From Elusimicrobiota bacterium (GTDB taxonomy: Bacteria > Elusimicrobiota > Elusimicrobia > F11), in the NCBI GenBank assembly GCA_044221725.1, contig JBGAON010000001.1, positions 806,954 to 870,953 of the forward strand: 64,000 nucleotides of DNA. Reading direction: 5' to 3'. Shown in pieces: positions 40,625 to 50,297 of this stretch; position 1 is the stretch's first letter, and each line of letters starts with the position of its first letter. The position numbers were made by a program, and so were the translations under genes. The notes under the pieces were generated by a model. That model was given only the letters and a program-made list of their open reading frames with translations. It was not told the origin of the DNA and did not search any database.

Positions 40625-43600
40625 GCGGCTTGCGTCGTGTGCCGCAGCGACAACGGCATTGTTGATTTTGATTTCGCCCATGCGATTGTCCGCAAGCTGC
40701 GGAGTGCCCGTGAATCTCATCGAATCGGAAAATTGCCTTCCAGGCAATCCCGCGAGCGAATGGGACATTCCCACGAAAGATGCCGGAGATGTATCCATTC
40801 AAGGATTCGCGACCGACATGAGCGTCAATAAAGGGACGTCGGTTTCCTTTAAAATCAAAACGTCGGCCACGGCTTACACGATTGATATATATCGGATGGG
40901 CTATTACGCCGGAAATGGCGCACGCAAAGTGGCATCTTTGTCGCCATCGGTGGATCTTCCGCAGGCGCAGCCCGAATGTTTGTTTGAGGCGGCAACGCAA
41001 CTGGTGGATTGCGGAAACTGGAATGTGTCGGCAACGTGGCCCGTGCCCAACAATGCGGTGTCTGGAATTTATTTTGTGAAGTTGACCCGCACCGATACCG
41101 GCGGAGCGAGCCATATTCCGTTTGTTGTGCGGGATGACGGCAATCATTCCGATATTCTTTTCCAAACATCGGACACGACCTGGCAGGCGTACAACAATTA
41201 CAACGGCTACAGTTTGTACGTGGCGCCCACACCAACACCCGGGCGTGCGTACAAAGTGAGTTACAACCGGCCGTTCGCTACGCGGACGACGCATTCGTCT
41301 TATCTGTTCACGCACGAATATCCAATGGTGCGTTTTCTCGAGCGCAACAGTTTCAACGTGACCTACTTTACAGGAATTGACAGCGACCGCCATGGTGCAT
41401 CGATTTTGAATCACCGCATTTTCATGTCGGTTGGGCATGATGAATATTGGTCTGGTCCACAACGAACACGCGTTGAAGCCGCCCGCGGTGCTGGCGTGCA
41501 TCTCATGTTTTTAAGCGGGAACGAAATTTTTTGGAAAACGCGCTGGGAGCCCAGCACGGACGGCACGTCGACACCGTATCGAACGCTGGTTTGTTACAAA
41601 GAAACGCACGATGGAAAGATTGATCCAGTGGACCCGCCGACATGGACCGGTACATGGCGCGACAAACGATTTAGTCCGCCCGCCGATGGTGGTCGGCCGG
41701 AAAACGCGCTGAGCGGCAACGCTTACAGAGTGGATTCGTTTCGAAACGATCCTATGACGGTGGGTCCGGAAGATGGAAGGCTTCGTTTTTGGAGAAATAC
41801 ATCGGTTGCGGCAGCGAGTTCGCCCACCACGTTTCCAGAAATTCTTGGCTACGAATGGGACGAACCATGGGACAACGGCGTTCAGCCAGCGGGGCTAATT
41901 TATCTTTCCTCATCGGCCATTTCTGTTCCAAAGAGGCTCATTGATGAAGGGAACAATTATGTGCCCGCTATGGCCGTTCATCACTTAACGCTTTACAGAA
42001 CAAACGGGTCCATTGTGTTCGGTGCAGGAACCATGCAGTGGCCCTGGGGACTTGATAGCCAACATGATCACGGTGGGGGAACCGGTGCCGATGCGAGACT
42101 GCAACAAGCAACGGTGAATCTTTTGGCGGACATGGGCAGTCAGCCGGGTTCTCTTCAACCGGGGCTTGTTTCCGCCTTTGGATCGACGGATTCTGTGCCG
42201 CCGGTTTCCGTTATCACGTTTCCCGCAAATGGCGCGACACTTTCGCTCGGTGTTCCGATCACAATTTCGGGAACGGCGTCGGATAGCGGAGGCGGTGTCG
42301 GGGGCGTCGAAGTTTCCGTCGATAATGGAAGCTCGTGGCATCCGGCAAGCGGCCGGGGAACGTGGACCTACGCATGGACACCGACCGGAACAGCGAGCGT
42401 CACGATTCGTAGCCGCGCCGCTGACGACAGTCTCAATGTCGAAACCCCGTCGGCTGGCATCACGGTGAATGGAACATCGGGGGCAGGGCCGCAGGCGCAT
42501 ATGATTTGGCCCAACACCGTACCGCCGTCGAACAATTTCTCTTCAGATGCAAATTCGCTTGAAGTTGGTGTGAGGTTTCGGTCGGATGTTGCTGGCAAAA
42601 TTACCGGTGTGCGTTTTTACAAGTTCAGCGCGAACACGGGGCCGCACGCGGGCCATTTGTGGACGTCGTCCGGTGCGCTTCTTGCCTCGGTTTCTTTTGC
42701 CTCCGAAACCGCGTCCGGCTGGCAGCAAGCAAACTTCGCGACGCCAGTTTCAATCAACGCCAACACGTCTTATGTGATTTCTTATTTCACGACCAAAGGT
42801 TATGCCGTCACGAAAAATTATTTTACGAGCAGCGGCGCCGATTCTCCGCCGCTTCACGCGCTTCAAAACGGCATTGATGGTCCCAACGGTTTGTACGCGT
42901 ACGCGGCGTCGAGCACGTTTCCAAGCAACAGTTACGCGCAAAGCAATTATTGGGTCGATGTCGTATTTTCGACCGTTTCGGATAATCCACCTCCTCCTGC
43001 GCCCCCGCCGCAAAGCAACGTCATTTGGCCCTCGGGGGGACCAGCGCCGTTTGGTTACTCCACGGAATCAAACGCCGTTTCGTTGGGGATTAAGTTTCAG
43101 TCGGATGTGGCCGGCTCGGTCACGGGCGTCCGTTTCTATAAGTTCAGCATCAGCACCGGAACCCACACGGGGCATTTGTGGACGAAGAGTGGCACGCTGC
43201 TCGCTTCGGTCACCTTCACGTCCGAAACGGCGTCGGGCTGGCAGCAGGCAAAATTTTCCACACCGGTCGCCATCCATGCCAATACCACCTATGTGGTTTC
43301 TTATTTCACGACGAAAGGCTACGCAGTAACGAAGAATTATTTCACAAACGCCGGCGTCGATTCTCCGCCGCTCCACGCTTTAAAAAGCGGCGCCGATGGT
43401 GCCAACGGTGTTTATATTTACGCGCCGTCGAACGCGTTTCCCACGAACAGTACCTCGCAAAGCAATTATTGGGTGGACGTTATGTTCACCTCGTTTGAGG
43501 GGGGAGGCGGTGCTGGGCTTGCTTTGAAACCGAGCGCACCGATGGGGTTGGGGGGGGCAACCGGCTCTCTGAGGGTCTTTCCAAACCCGTGGCGTTCCGA

Positions 43601-43829
43601 TCGAGATGCGGGGTTTGATATCACGTTTGACGGGCTACAGACCAACAGTTCTGTGAAAATCTATACGATTTCTGGCCAATATTTGAAAACTCTGGGGGCA
43701 CCCGCCGGCATCGCGTCGTGGAACCGGACGAACGACCATGGGGAGGCGGTCGGTTCGGGTATATATCTGTATTTTATTACCGGAGACGGGGGGGAGAAAA
43801 TGAAGGGAAAAGTCGCAATAATGAATTAA
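40617..43829 (+). CDS. Large secreted protein: dimethylformamidase-beta-like domain, Ig-like domain, two DUF4082 domains and a T9SS/FlgD-like C-terminal domain
   Basis: IYRMGYYAG, TWQAYN, GHDEYWS, GYEWD; DUF4082 motifs GVRFYK...SGWQQA...NYWVDV (twice); CTD VFPNP..KIYT.SG..W...GSGIYLY..K.AI. Confidence 0.8.
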   Translation: MIKRLASCAAATTALLILISPMRLSASCGVPVNLIESENCLPGNPASEWDIPTKDAGDVSIQGFATDMSVNKGTSVSFKIKTSATAYTIDIYRMGYYAGNGARKVASLSPSVDLPQAQPECLFEAATQLVDCGNWNVSATWPVPNNAVSGIYFVKLTRTDTGGASHIPFVVRDDGNHSDILFQTSDTTWQAYNNYNGYSLYVAPTPTPGRAYKVSYNRPFATRTTHSSYLFTHEYPMVRFLERNSFNVTYFTGIDSDRHGASILNHRIFMSVGHDEYWSGPQRTRVEAARGAGVHLMFLSGNEIFWKTRWEPSTDGTSTPYRTLVCYKETHDGKIDPVDPPTWTGTWRDKRFSPPADGGRPENALSGNAYRVDSFRNDPMTVGPEDGRLRFWRNTSVAAASSPTTFPEILGYEWDEPWDNGVQPAGLIYLSSSAISVPKRLIDEGNNYVPAMAVHHLTLYRTNGSIVFGAGTMQWPWGLDSQHDHGGGTGADARLQQATVNLLADMGSQPGSLQPGLVSAFGSTDSVPPVSVITFPANGATLSLGVPITISGTASDSGGGVGGVEVSVDNGSSWHPASGRGTWTYAWTPTGTASVTIRSRAADDSLNVETPSAGITVNGTSGAGPQAHMIWPNTVPPSNNFSSDANSLEVGVRFRSDVAGKITGVRFYKFSANTGPHAGHLWTSSGALLASVSFASETASGWQQANFATPVSINANTSYVISYFTTKGYAVTKNYFTSSGADSPPLHALQNGIDGPNGLYAYAASSTFPSNSYAQSNYWVDVVFSTVSDNPPPPAPPPQSNVIWPSGGPAPFGYSTESNAVSLGIKFQSDVAGSVTGVRFYKFSISTGTHTGHLWTKSGTLLASVTFTSETASGWQQAKFSTPVAIHANTTYVVSYFTTKGYAVTKNYFTNAGVDSPPLHALKSGADGANGVYIYAPSNAFPTNSTSQSNYWVDVMFTSFEGGGGAGLALKPSAPMGLGGATGSLRVFPNPWRSDRDAGFDITFDGLQTNSSVKIYTISGQYLKTLGAPAGIASWNRTNDHGEAVGSGIYLYFITGDGGEKMKGKVAIMN
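42501..43489 (+). repeat. Tandem intragenic duplication of the DUF4082 module (about 42501-42970 and 43020-43489)
   Basis: Near-identical blocks about 519 bp apart, for example GATTCTCCGCCGCT and CAAAGCAATTATTGGGT in both copies. Confidence 0.85.
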
Positions 43830-43937
43830 AAAAGTTGAGTTTTTCGAAAAGTTAGATAGAATTTTGCTCGTCGGAGCAGTCCCACCCCTAACCCCCGTCT
43901 CAGTTTCTGATGCATTATCCTCTTATCAAAGGAAATC

Positions 43938-45602
43938 ATGGACAACACTGGCTCGTTTACATCGGAATCGCCTGCCCAAATTGTTGGCGATCTGTTTCGC
44001 AATCTCGGCAAATCGCCGGGGCATCGAAATAAAGAAACCGAACATCGAAGGCACCCGCGAACGTCTTATATGCGCAACGTTTCACTATCGGCGAAACGTC
44101 TTGGCAAAAACGTGGTGGCCCGCGCATTCGATCTCTCGCGAACTGGAATTTGTGTGGAGATTAAGAATGGGCCGATGTTGGAGATGGGTTCCGATGTCGT
44201 CGTAAAGTTGGCCAAATTTGAAAAGTTGATCGGTTCGATTGCGTTGGACGGTCCTCACAAAATAAAAGCGGTGGTTGTTCGGTCGTGGCGTCTCGATGCG
44301 GATACCTGGGTCTATGGGCTTCGTTTCGCGAATTTGCTCGAAGAACGAAAGAAAATTAATTCACAGAAAATCCAACGGTTCCTGTCCGTATCGCTCGTGT
44401 TGATAGGAATAGCGATTATTCTTTCGCTAAAGATTTCCGATCTGCGTTGGTTTTGGTACGCCCCGGTTTACCGGATTTATGGAATCTTGGGTGGTGTTTT
44501 CTTTCTCAGTCGCGCGCTCCTTTCTCTCGTGTACCGTGAGCCCAAAGACGCGGGCTATTTGCCTCCAGTGACCGTCGTTATCTCGGTAAAAAACGAAGAG
44601 GCGCATATTGCCGAAACCGTGAAACGCGTGTTCGACGTTCGCTATCCGTTGCACAAACTCGAACTCATCGTTATTGATGATGGATCCACCGATAATACGT
44701 GGGCTGCGCTTCAGAAAGTCCAACCGGAATATCCACGATTGCGTCTGTTTCAATTTCCTACGAATCTTGGCAAACGCCACGGAATGGCGCTCGGTGCCCG
44801 CGAAGCAACCGGCGAGATTCTCGTGTACGTCGACTCCGATAGCTACGTGGAAGCGGAGGGTATTTATCGTCTCGTTCAGCCGTTCGCGGACAGACGCATC
44901 GGCGCGGTGGCTGGCCACACACGCGTGATTATCGAGAAGAAAAATCCGATCTCGAAAATGGAATCGGTTCGATATTTTATTTCTCATCAGTTTTTTAAGA
45001 CCGCAGAGAGTGTGTTCGGAACAGTAACCTGTTGCCCCGGCGCGTTTTCGGCCTATCGTCGCAGCGCTGTGTTGCGCGTTCTACCAAAGTGGTTGGACCA
45101 AACGTTTCTCGGTGTCAAATCAACGTTTGGGGACGACCGCAGCTTGACGAATTTTGTGCTGCGCACCCACCGCGTTGTTTATCATGCCGGTGCCATCTGC
45201 GTCACGTACGTTCCCACAACGTGGAAGCAATTTTTCACGCAACAATTGCGGTGGAAGAAATCGTGGGCGCGAGAAGCGACCGTTGCATCGCGCGTCATGC
45301 TTAAAAAGCATCCCGTTGCCGTAATTTCGTTTTACTTGAGCACCGTGATCACGTTTTTATCTCCGTTGATTTTCCTTCGCGCGGTCGTCATCGGACCACT
45401 GCTTTATTCGCAGTCGTGCGTGCCTTATTTGTTGGGCCTTCTTCTTGTGTACCTGTTCTTGTGTTTGTTCTTTCTGTGCCAGACCAACGAGAAACATTGG
45501 TACTACGGACTTCTGTTTGCGGCGAGTTATTTAACAATCCTCTGCTGGCAAACCTATTGGGCCACGTGCACGATCAATAAGACGCAATGGGGGACAAGAT
45601 GA
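43938..45602 (+). CDS. PilZ domain fused to a processive GT2 synthase (hyaluronan synthase/NodC-like)
   Basis: PilZ motifs RRHPR and DLSRTG; two TM helices; DDGSTD, YVDSD, CCPGAFSAYR, GDDRSLTN, QQLRWKKSW; C-terminal TM helices and WGTR end. Confidence 0.88.
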   Translation: MDNTGSFTSESPAQIVGDLFRNLGKSPGHRNKETEHRRHPRTSYMRNVSLSAKRLGKNVVARAFDLSRTGICVEIKNGPMLEMGSDVVVKLAKFEKLIGSIALDGPHKIKAVVVRSWRLDADTWVYGLRFANLLEERKKINSQKIQRFLSVSLVLIGIAIILSLKISDLRWFWYAPVYRIYGILGGVFFLSRALLSLVYREPKDAGYLPPVTVVISVKNEEAHIAETVKRVFDVRYPLHKLELIVIDDGSTDNTWAALQKVQPEYPRLRLFQFPTNLGKRHGMALGAREATGEILVYVDSDSYVEAEGIYRLVQPFADRRIGAVAGHTRVIIEKKNPISKMESVRYFISHQFFKTAESVFGTVTCCPGAFSAYRRSAVLRVLPKWLDQTFLGVKSTFGDDRSLTNFVLRTHRVVYHAGAICVTYVPTTWKQFFTQQLRWKKSWAREATVASRVMLKKHPVAVISFYLSTVITFLSPLIFLRAVVIGPLLYSQSCVPYLLGLLLVYLFLCLFFLCQTNEKHWYYGLLFAASYLTILCWQTYWATCTINKTQWGTR

Positions 45603-46867
45603 CGCCCGACGTCGACGCGATACCCGAACAACCAAGCTATATTGTTCATTGGTTATTTCTTGTCGCGCTTGGTTTTGCGGCGTGGCATTTTTACCCACGA
45701 ATTGTTGGTTCTCCTTTCACGCGCGTGCAACGCTCCGCATCGATCGCCGAAGTGGCTGATTATTTTCTAATCCTTAAATTTCCAGAGGTTGCGACCATTG
45801 ATTCGGCGGCGGTAAAGACCGCTCGACAACAAACAGCCGGCTGGATTCAGGCGATGCTTGATCACGGTTACCACCCGATGTTGTTGTCCGATGTGATGGA
45901 GCAACGGAAAGTGGGAAAAAAACTTCCCGAGAAAGCGGTGGTTATACTGTTTGATCCCGGGTACCGATCCACCTATGACGCGCTCAGTCCCGTGTTCGAG
46001 AGCAAGCGTCTCCCTGTTGTTTGGCTCACGCGTTCCGAGGGCCTAGAGGATTACGATTTGCGTTATTTGAGCAAACACCTTTATCTGCAACTGCACACCG
46101 ATCGCGGTTGGGACACCGGCATGTCGCGCGCGGATCAACGAACGTTTTTCCTTAACGTGCAAGACGGCGAAGAATTCGGGCGACCGTACGTGTGGGCCGA
46201 CGGAATCAATTGGCGGGGAAAGAACTTTTTGACGGAGAAGTCCGGCTTGGAGCGGTTGGCTGTTCGCAGCTATTGGACGAACGACGATTTACTGAAACAC
46301 CTCAACGCCGAAGTGCCAACGGCCTCGACCTGTTACTTGGTGGCCGAATCCGTAAACAATCGTCTCAAAGGGTTGAACGTTCCGTTGGTGCATGGAAACG
46401 ATGTCGCCGCGTTCGATCTTTCCACGGCGCGGGACAAGCGTCTGAGAACGGTGTTCTGGAAATCAACCGAACGCGTTGAAGATTTTAATCTGGACGTTTC
46501 TCTGCAAGAACTCGAAGGTGAATTCTGGATGTTGATTCGATCCGATGAAGACCTAAGCAATGGCGTGCGTATCGGGTTTTCTAAGGATCTCGTTTCCGTG
46601 GAAGAAATCATCGGAGGGCGCTCGAAACAGATTGCCCTTGGGCCCGTTGTTTGGGATTCAAAAAAACCTTTTGCGGCTTCGGTCTCGGTGCAAAATTCGC
46701 GTCTGGATATTTTCGTTCGCGGGAAGTCGTTGATTCGTATCCCGATTCCAGCGGCCGGTCATGCGCATCGCTCCAAGTTCGGCGTCATGCTGTTTCACCG
46801 CGTAAGGGGCGCGGCTCAAGTGAAAAACGTTTCGTTAAAATTTACACCCACGAAAGTCGCCGAATAG
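45599..46867 (+). CDS. Membrane-anchored protein with a degenerate NodB/CE4-like domain and a C-terminal beta-sandwich
   Basis: N-terminal TM. GYHP...LPEKAVVILFDPGY mirrors the CE4 motif 1 region (FDDG) but with D changed to P, and no HxxxH is seen. ATGA overlap with the synthase. Confidence 0.6.
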   Translation: MTPDVDAIPEQPSYIVHWLFLVALGFAAWHFYPRIVGSPFTRVQRSASIAEVADYFLILKFPEVATIDSAAVKTARQQTAGWIQAMLDHGYHPMLLSDVMEQRKVGKKLPEKAVVILFDPGYRSTYDALSPVFESKRLPVVWLTRSEGLEDYDLRYLSKHLYLQLHTDRGWDTGMSRADQRTFFLNVQDGEEFGRPYVWADGINWRGKNFLTEKSGLERLAVRSYWTNDDLLKHLNAEVPTASTCYLVAESVNNRLKGLNVPLVHGNDVAAFDLSTARDKRLRTVFWKSTERVEDFNLDVSLQELEGEFWMLIRSDEDLSNGVRIGFSKDLVSVEEIIGGRSKQIALGPVVWDSKKPFAASVSVQNSRLDIFVRGKSLIRIPIPAAGHAHRSKFGVMLFHRVRGAAQVKNVSLKFTPTKVAE

Positions 46868-46889
46868 CGCCGATCTTTTGCCTCAATCG

Positions 46890-49800
46890 ATGAGAAAGCT
46901 CTCCCTGGTTTTTGCTCTGCTGCTGTTTGGTCGCACGTTGGCGGCAGCCGAGAATTCGTCGGTAACGTCCGATCTCCAAGCGCAGGCGCTCAACGCGTTC
47001 AAAGCGGGTGATTACAAAAAATCGGCGAATCTTTACCGAACGCTCGCAGCGGAAAATCCAAACGATGCCCAGATACTTCGGGATTTCATGTGGGCGTGTT
47101 GGAACGCCGGGAATCCCCAGGAAACGATCGCGGCTGGAAAAAAGATTCTTGCGATCGAACCGTCCGATGTGGAAACGCTGAATCTCGTGGGGAAAGCGTA
47201 TCAAGCCTCGGGCGATCGAAAGAGCGCGTTGCAGTCGTTTAAACGCGTCGCCGATGCGCACCCCAACAGTGTTTCAGCGAAAGTATCGTTGATTCGTTCG
47301 CAGATTGAGTTGGCCGACCTCGCGAGCGCCGAACGCACGCTGCAAGCATTGGATTCGGATATCCCTTCAAAAGGGGCGTTGCGCGAAAAGATCGATGGGT
47401 TATGGAAAGCGTTGGCACGAGCGTATTCCGAGTCCGGTCGATCGGAAAAAGCGATTGCGATTTATCAGAAGATTATGCGCGTGTCAGCGAGCAACACGCA
47501 GGTGCAAATTGCGTACGCGCGTTTGCAGACCGATCAGAAAAAATACGATGAAGCCGAACGGGTGTTAAAGAGAATATTGGTCACCTCGCCCGATGCGTTG
47601 CCGGTCTATCCCAAATTGGCCGCCGTGCAATTTTTGAAAAAAGATTTTGCGTCCTCGGTTGACAACTGGAACGCCGCGATTCGCTCGTTTCCTGACAAAG
47701 TCGAATACAAATACAAAAGAGGGTTGGCTCTTTATTTCAATAAAAACTTCGACGAAGCGCTCCAGCAGATGGTGAATTTGCTGGCGGATCCGGAATGGGG
47801 ACGAAAAGCGGCCGATTTTCTTTACGACGACGCGTTTGCTCAAGGGGAAAATACGAAAGCGGCGAAATATCTCGCCGACAGCCTTGAAACTCTCGAATAC
47901 ACTCCGGAAGATCAGCAGCGTTACATCCGATTGTCGAACGCCTATGAGCGGCAAAACGATTATAAAAAAGCGGAGCAGGCGCTCGATGCGGCGCTGGACC
48001 ACTTTCCGGACGATGGCGCCGTGCGATGGTCAATGGCGTCTCTTTACCTCGAAACGAATCGGCTCGGCAAAGCCGTTCCATTCATGAAAGACATTCTGCA
48101 GCGAAATCCGAACGCATCGCACATCATTTACGCGCTAGTGGATTCTCAAGTCACGTTAGGAAACCGTGCTGACGCATTGCGTATTTTGCAAAGCGAACGC
48201 CGCGTGGACCCAACAAATCCATTTTTGATGCTGCGCGAAGCAGAACTTCTGTATCTCACGGACCAGCGGGAAAAAGCTCGCGCGATGTTGACCGCCTGGT
48301 TACAGGAAAAGGGAGATGGCCCGGTTCTTCCCGTCGCGTTGTATCACGGACTTACACCGTACGACCGCGACGGCATGTTGGCGCACCAGCAACATCACCG
48401 CGCTTCCGTTTTCGACGAGCACATGCGGGCGCTTCACGATGCCGGATACACGCCCGTAACCGTGCCCGAAGCGTTTCGGTGGGTCAAAGGAGAATTCGAA
48501 TTACCGAAGAAAGCGATTCTTATTTCATTCGATGACGGCCGACTGGATAGCTTTCAGAACGCTGATCCGATCCTCAAAAAATACGACATGAAAGCCACCA
48601 TGTTTGTCATTGGGCAGAACGCTGACCGCAATTTGCCGAACTACGCCAATTGGAAAGAACTGCGCGAGTATCAGAAAACCGGTCGGTGGAATTTCGAAGC
48701 GCACACCGATCATGGTCATTCCTACATTCCGATCACGAAAGAGGGACACAAAGGTTTGTTCTTATTGAACAAAAAGTGGCTTGAGAGTGAAGGCCGGCTT
48801 GAAACGCGTCAAGAATGGATTGACCGAATCGACGCGGATCACGACCGCATCAAGCGGAAAATGCTCACGGAATTGAAAGTGAACGTAGAGGGCTTTGCGT
48901 TTCCGGAGGGGAATTACGGTCACATCTATATTCCGAACGCGAAAGAATCCGCGGACGTGAACATGTCGGCCGCGCGAAACTATTTTGATCTGTCGTTTTT
49001 TCAGGAGTCCGAAGGTCTCGGAATCAATGTTCGCTCCCGCGATCCAGCGATGTTGAATCGGTTCGAGCCATCTCCCGATTGGACGGGTAGCGATTTGCTT
49101 CGGCGAATTTCCGATAACATTCCCGCAAACAAAATGCGCGCGACGCTGCTGCATTGGGCGATTTGGGAAGGACGTCTGAACGAAGCGAACGCGTGGCTAA
49201 ACGAGTTGCGCAAGGGAGGCGCGTCGCCGGCGTTGCTTCTCAGCGAGCACGCACGAATTTATGCGTCGCACGGTAATCTCGTGAAAGCGCGGGGATTGGG
49301 AAAGGATGCCGATACCGCGAAAGGGAACAGATCCATCGCGAATGATGACAACGAGCAAATCGTGCGGGACGCGAGCCGACCAGAATACAGCGCGTACGGA
49401 AGAATGTTTGAAGACAAGGTTCATCGCCGCAACAAATTGCTTGAACAGTCGTTTATGTTCCCGGCCTTTGGTGATTTTCGGTTCACGCTTCTGCAGCGGC
49501 TCGGAAACTATGCCGAACGGAACGTTCCGCACGTTAGTGAAAATGCGTGGGGAGCAAGAGTTGGTGTGCCGCTTGGGCTGCGCCACAATATTTCCGTGGA
49601 AGGAATGCAGAGCGTCTTTAATGCGCACGTGGATAATCAGACCTCGGGTCAAGCTGCGTTTCGCTCCCATTGGTCGGATCGTTTCACGACCGAAGTAAAT
49701 GCGGCGCGCCAACCGCTGTTCTTTGCGCAGGCGTTGTCGCAAAATATTCGACTTCGCACTCTGCGCTTGGGCGGATCCTATCGCGAGCGGGACGATTGGG

Positions 49801-50291
49801 AATTTGGTGGCGAAGCGCGCGCCAGCCATTATTCCGATACCAATGATCGCTTCGATGGACAATTTAACGCTGCCATGGGACTCGGCGCACGAAAGCGTAC
49901 GCGTCTGATGTACGTGCTGTCGGGAATGACGAACGATCAAACCAGCCCGTTTTATTACAGCCCGGAGCATTTGTTTGAAAACAGTATTGGGTTAAGTCAG
50001 ATCGTGCCGTTCCACGGCGCTTATAAGCTGACGCTTACGTATTTGCCGGGGTACGGTCAGGAATCGGACGTGTCATCGCATTTCATTCAGAACTTCAAGG
50101 TTGGTTTGGTCTGCCACTGGACCGACGCCACATCGCTCGATCTGGATTTTCAATATCAAGAAACACCCAGCTATTACAGTCGTTCAGCGAACGCACGATT
50201 TGTTCATCGCTTTGGCTTGAAGCGGCTGAGCGCGGAAGCAGCGACGTCGATTCAGCGTTCGCCGGAAGAGCTGCAAACACAGAACGATTAA
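46890..50291 (+). CDS. TPR-polysaccharide deacetylase-beta-barrel fusion (PgaA/PgaB-like export and modification protein)
   Basis: Signal peptide, about 450 aa of TPR-like helices, CE4 motifs LYHG, ISFDDG, EAHTDHGH and FAFPEG, then a C-terminal beta-rich region containing YYSP. Confidence 0.8.
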   Translation: MRKLSLVFALLLFGRTLAAAENSSVTSDLQAQALNAFKAGDYKKSANLYRTLAAENPNDAQILRDFMWACWNAGNPQETIAAGKKILAIEPSDVETLNLVGKAYQASGDRKSALQSFKRVADAHPNSVSAKVSLIRSQIELADLASAERTLQALDSDIPSKGALREKIDGLWKALARAYSESGRSEKAIAIYQKIMRVSASNTQVQIAYARLQTDQKKYDEAERVLKRILVTSPDALPVYPKLAAVQFLKKDFASSVDNWNAAIRSFPDKVEYKYKRGLALYFNKNFDEALQQMVNLLADPEWGRKAADFLYDDAFAQGENTKAAKYLADSLETLEYTPEDQQRYIRLSNAYERQNDYKKAEQALDAALDHFPDDGAVRWSMASLYLETNRLGKAVPFMKDILQRNPNASHIIYALVDSQVTLGNRADALRILQSERRVDPTNPFLMLREAELLYLTDQREKARAMLTAWLQEKGDGPVLPVALYHGLTPYDRDGMLAHQQHHRASVFDEHMRALHDAGYTPVTVPEAFRWVKGEFELPKKAILISFDDGRLDSFQNADPILKKYDMKATMFVIGQNADRNLPNYANWKELREYQKTGRWNFEAHTDHGHSYIPITKEGHKGLFLLNKKWLESEGRLETRQEWIDRIDADHDRIKRKMLTELKVNVEGFAFPEGNYGHIYIPNAKESADVNMSAARNYFDLSFFQESEGLGINVRSRDPAMLNRFEPSPDWTGSDLLRRISDNIPANKMRATLLHWAIWEGRLNEANAWLNELRKGGASPALLLSEHARIYASHGNLVKARGLGKDADTAKGNRSIANDDNEQIVRDASRPEYSAYGRMFEDKVHRRNKLLEQSFMFPAFGDFRFTLLQRLGNYAERNVPHVSENAWGARVGVPLGLRHNISVEGMQSVFNAHVDNQTSGQAAFRSHWSDRFTTEVNAARQPLFFAQALSQNIRLRTLRLGGSYRERDDWEFGGEARASHYSDTNDRFDGQFNAAMGLGARKRTRLMYVLSGMTNDQTSPFYYSPEHLFENSIGLSQIVPFHGAYKLTLTYLPGYGQESDVSSHFIQNFKVGLVCHWTDATSLDLDFQYQETPSYYSRSANARFVHRFGLKRLSAEAATSIQRSPEELQTQND

Positions 50292-50297
50292 TCTTTT

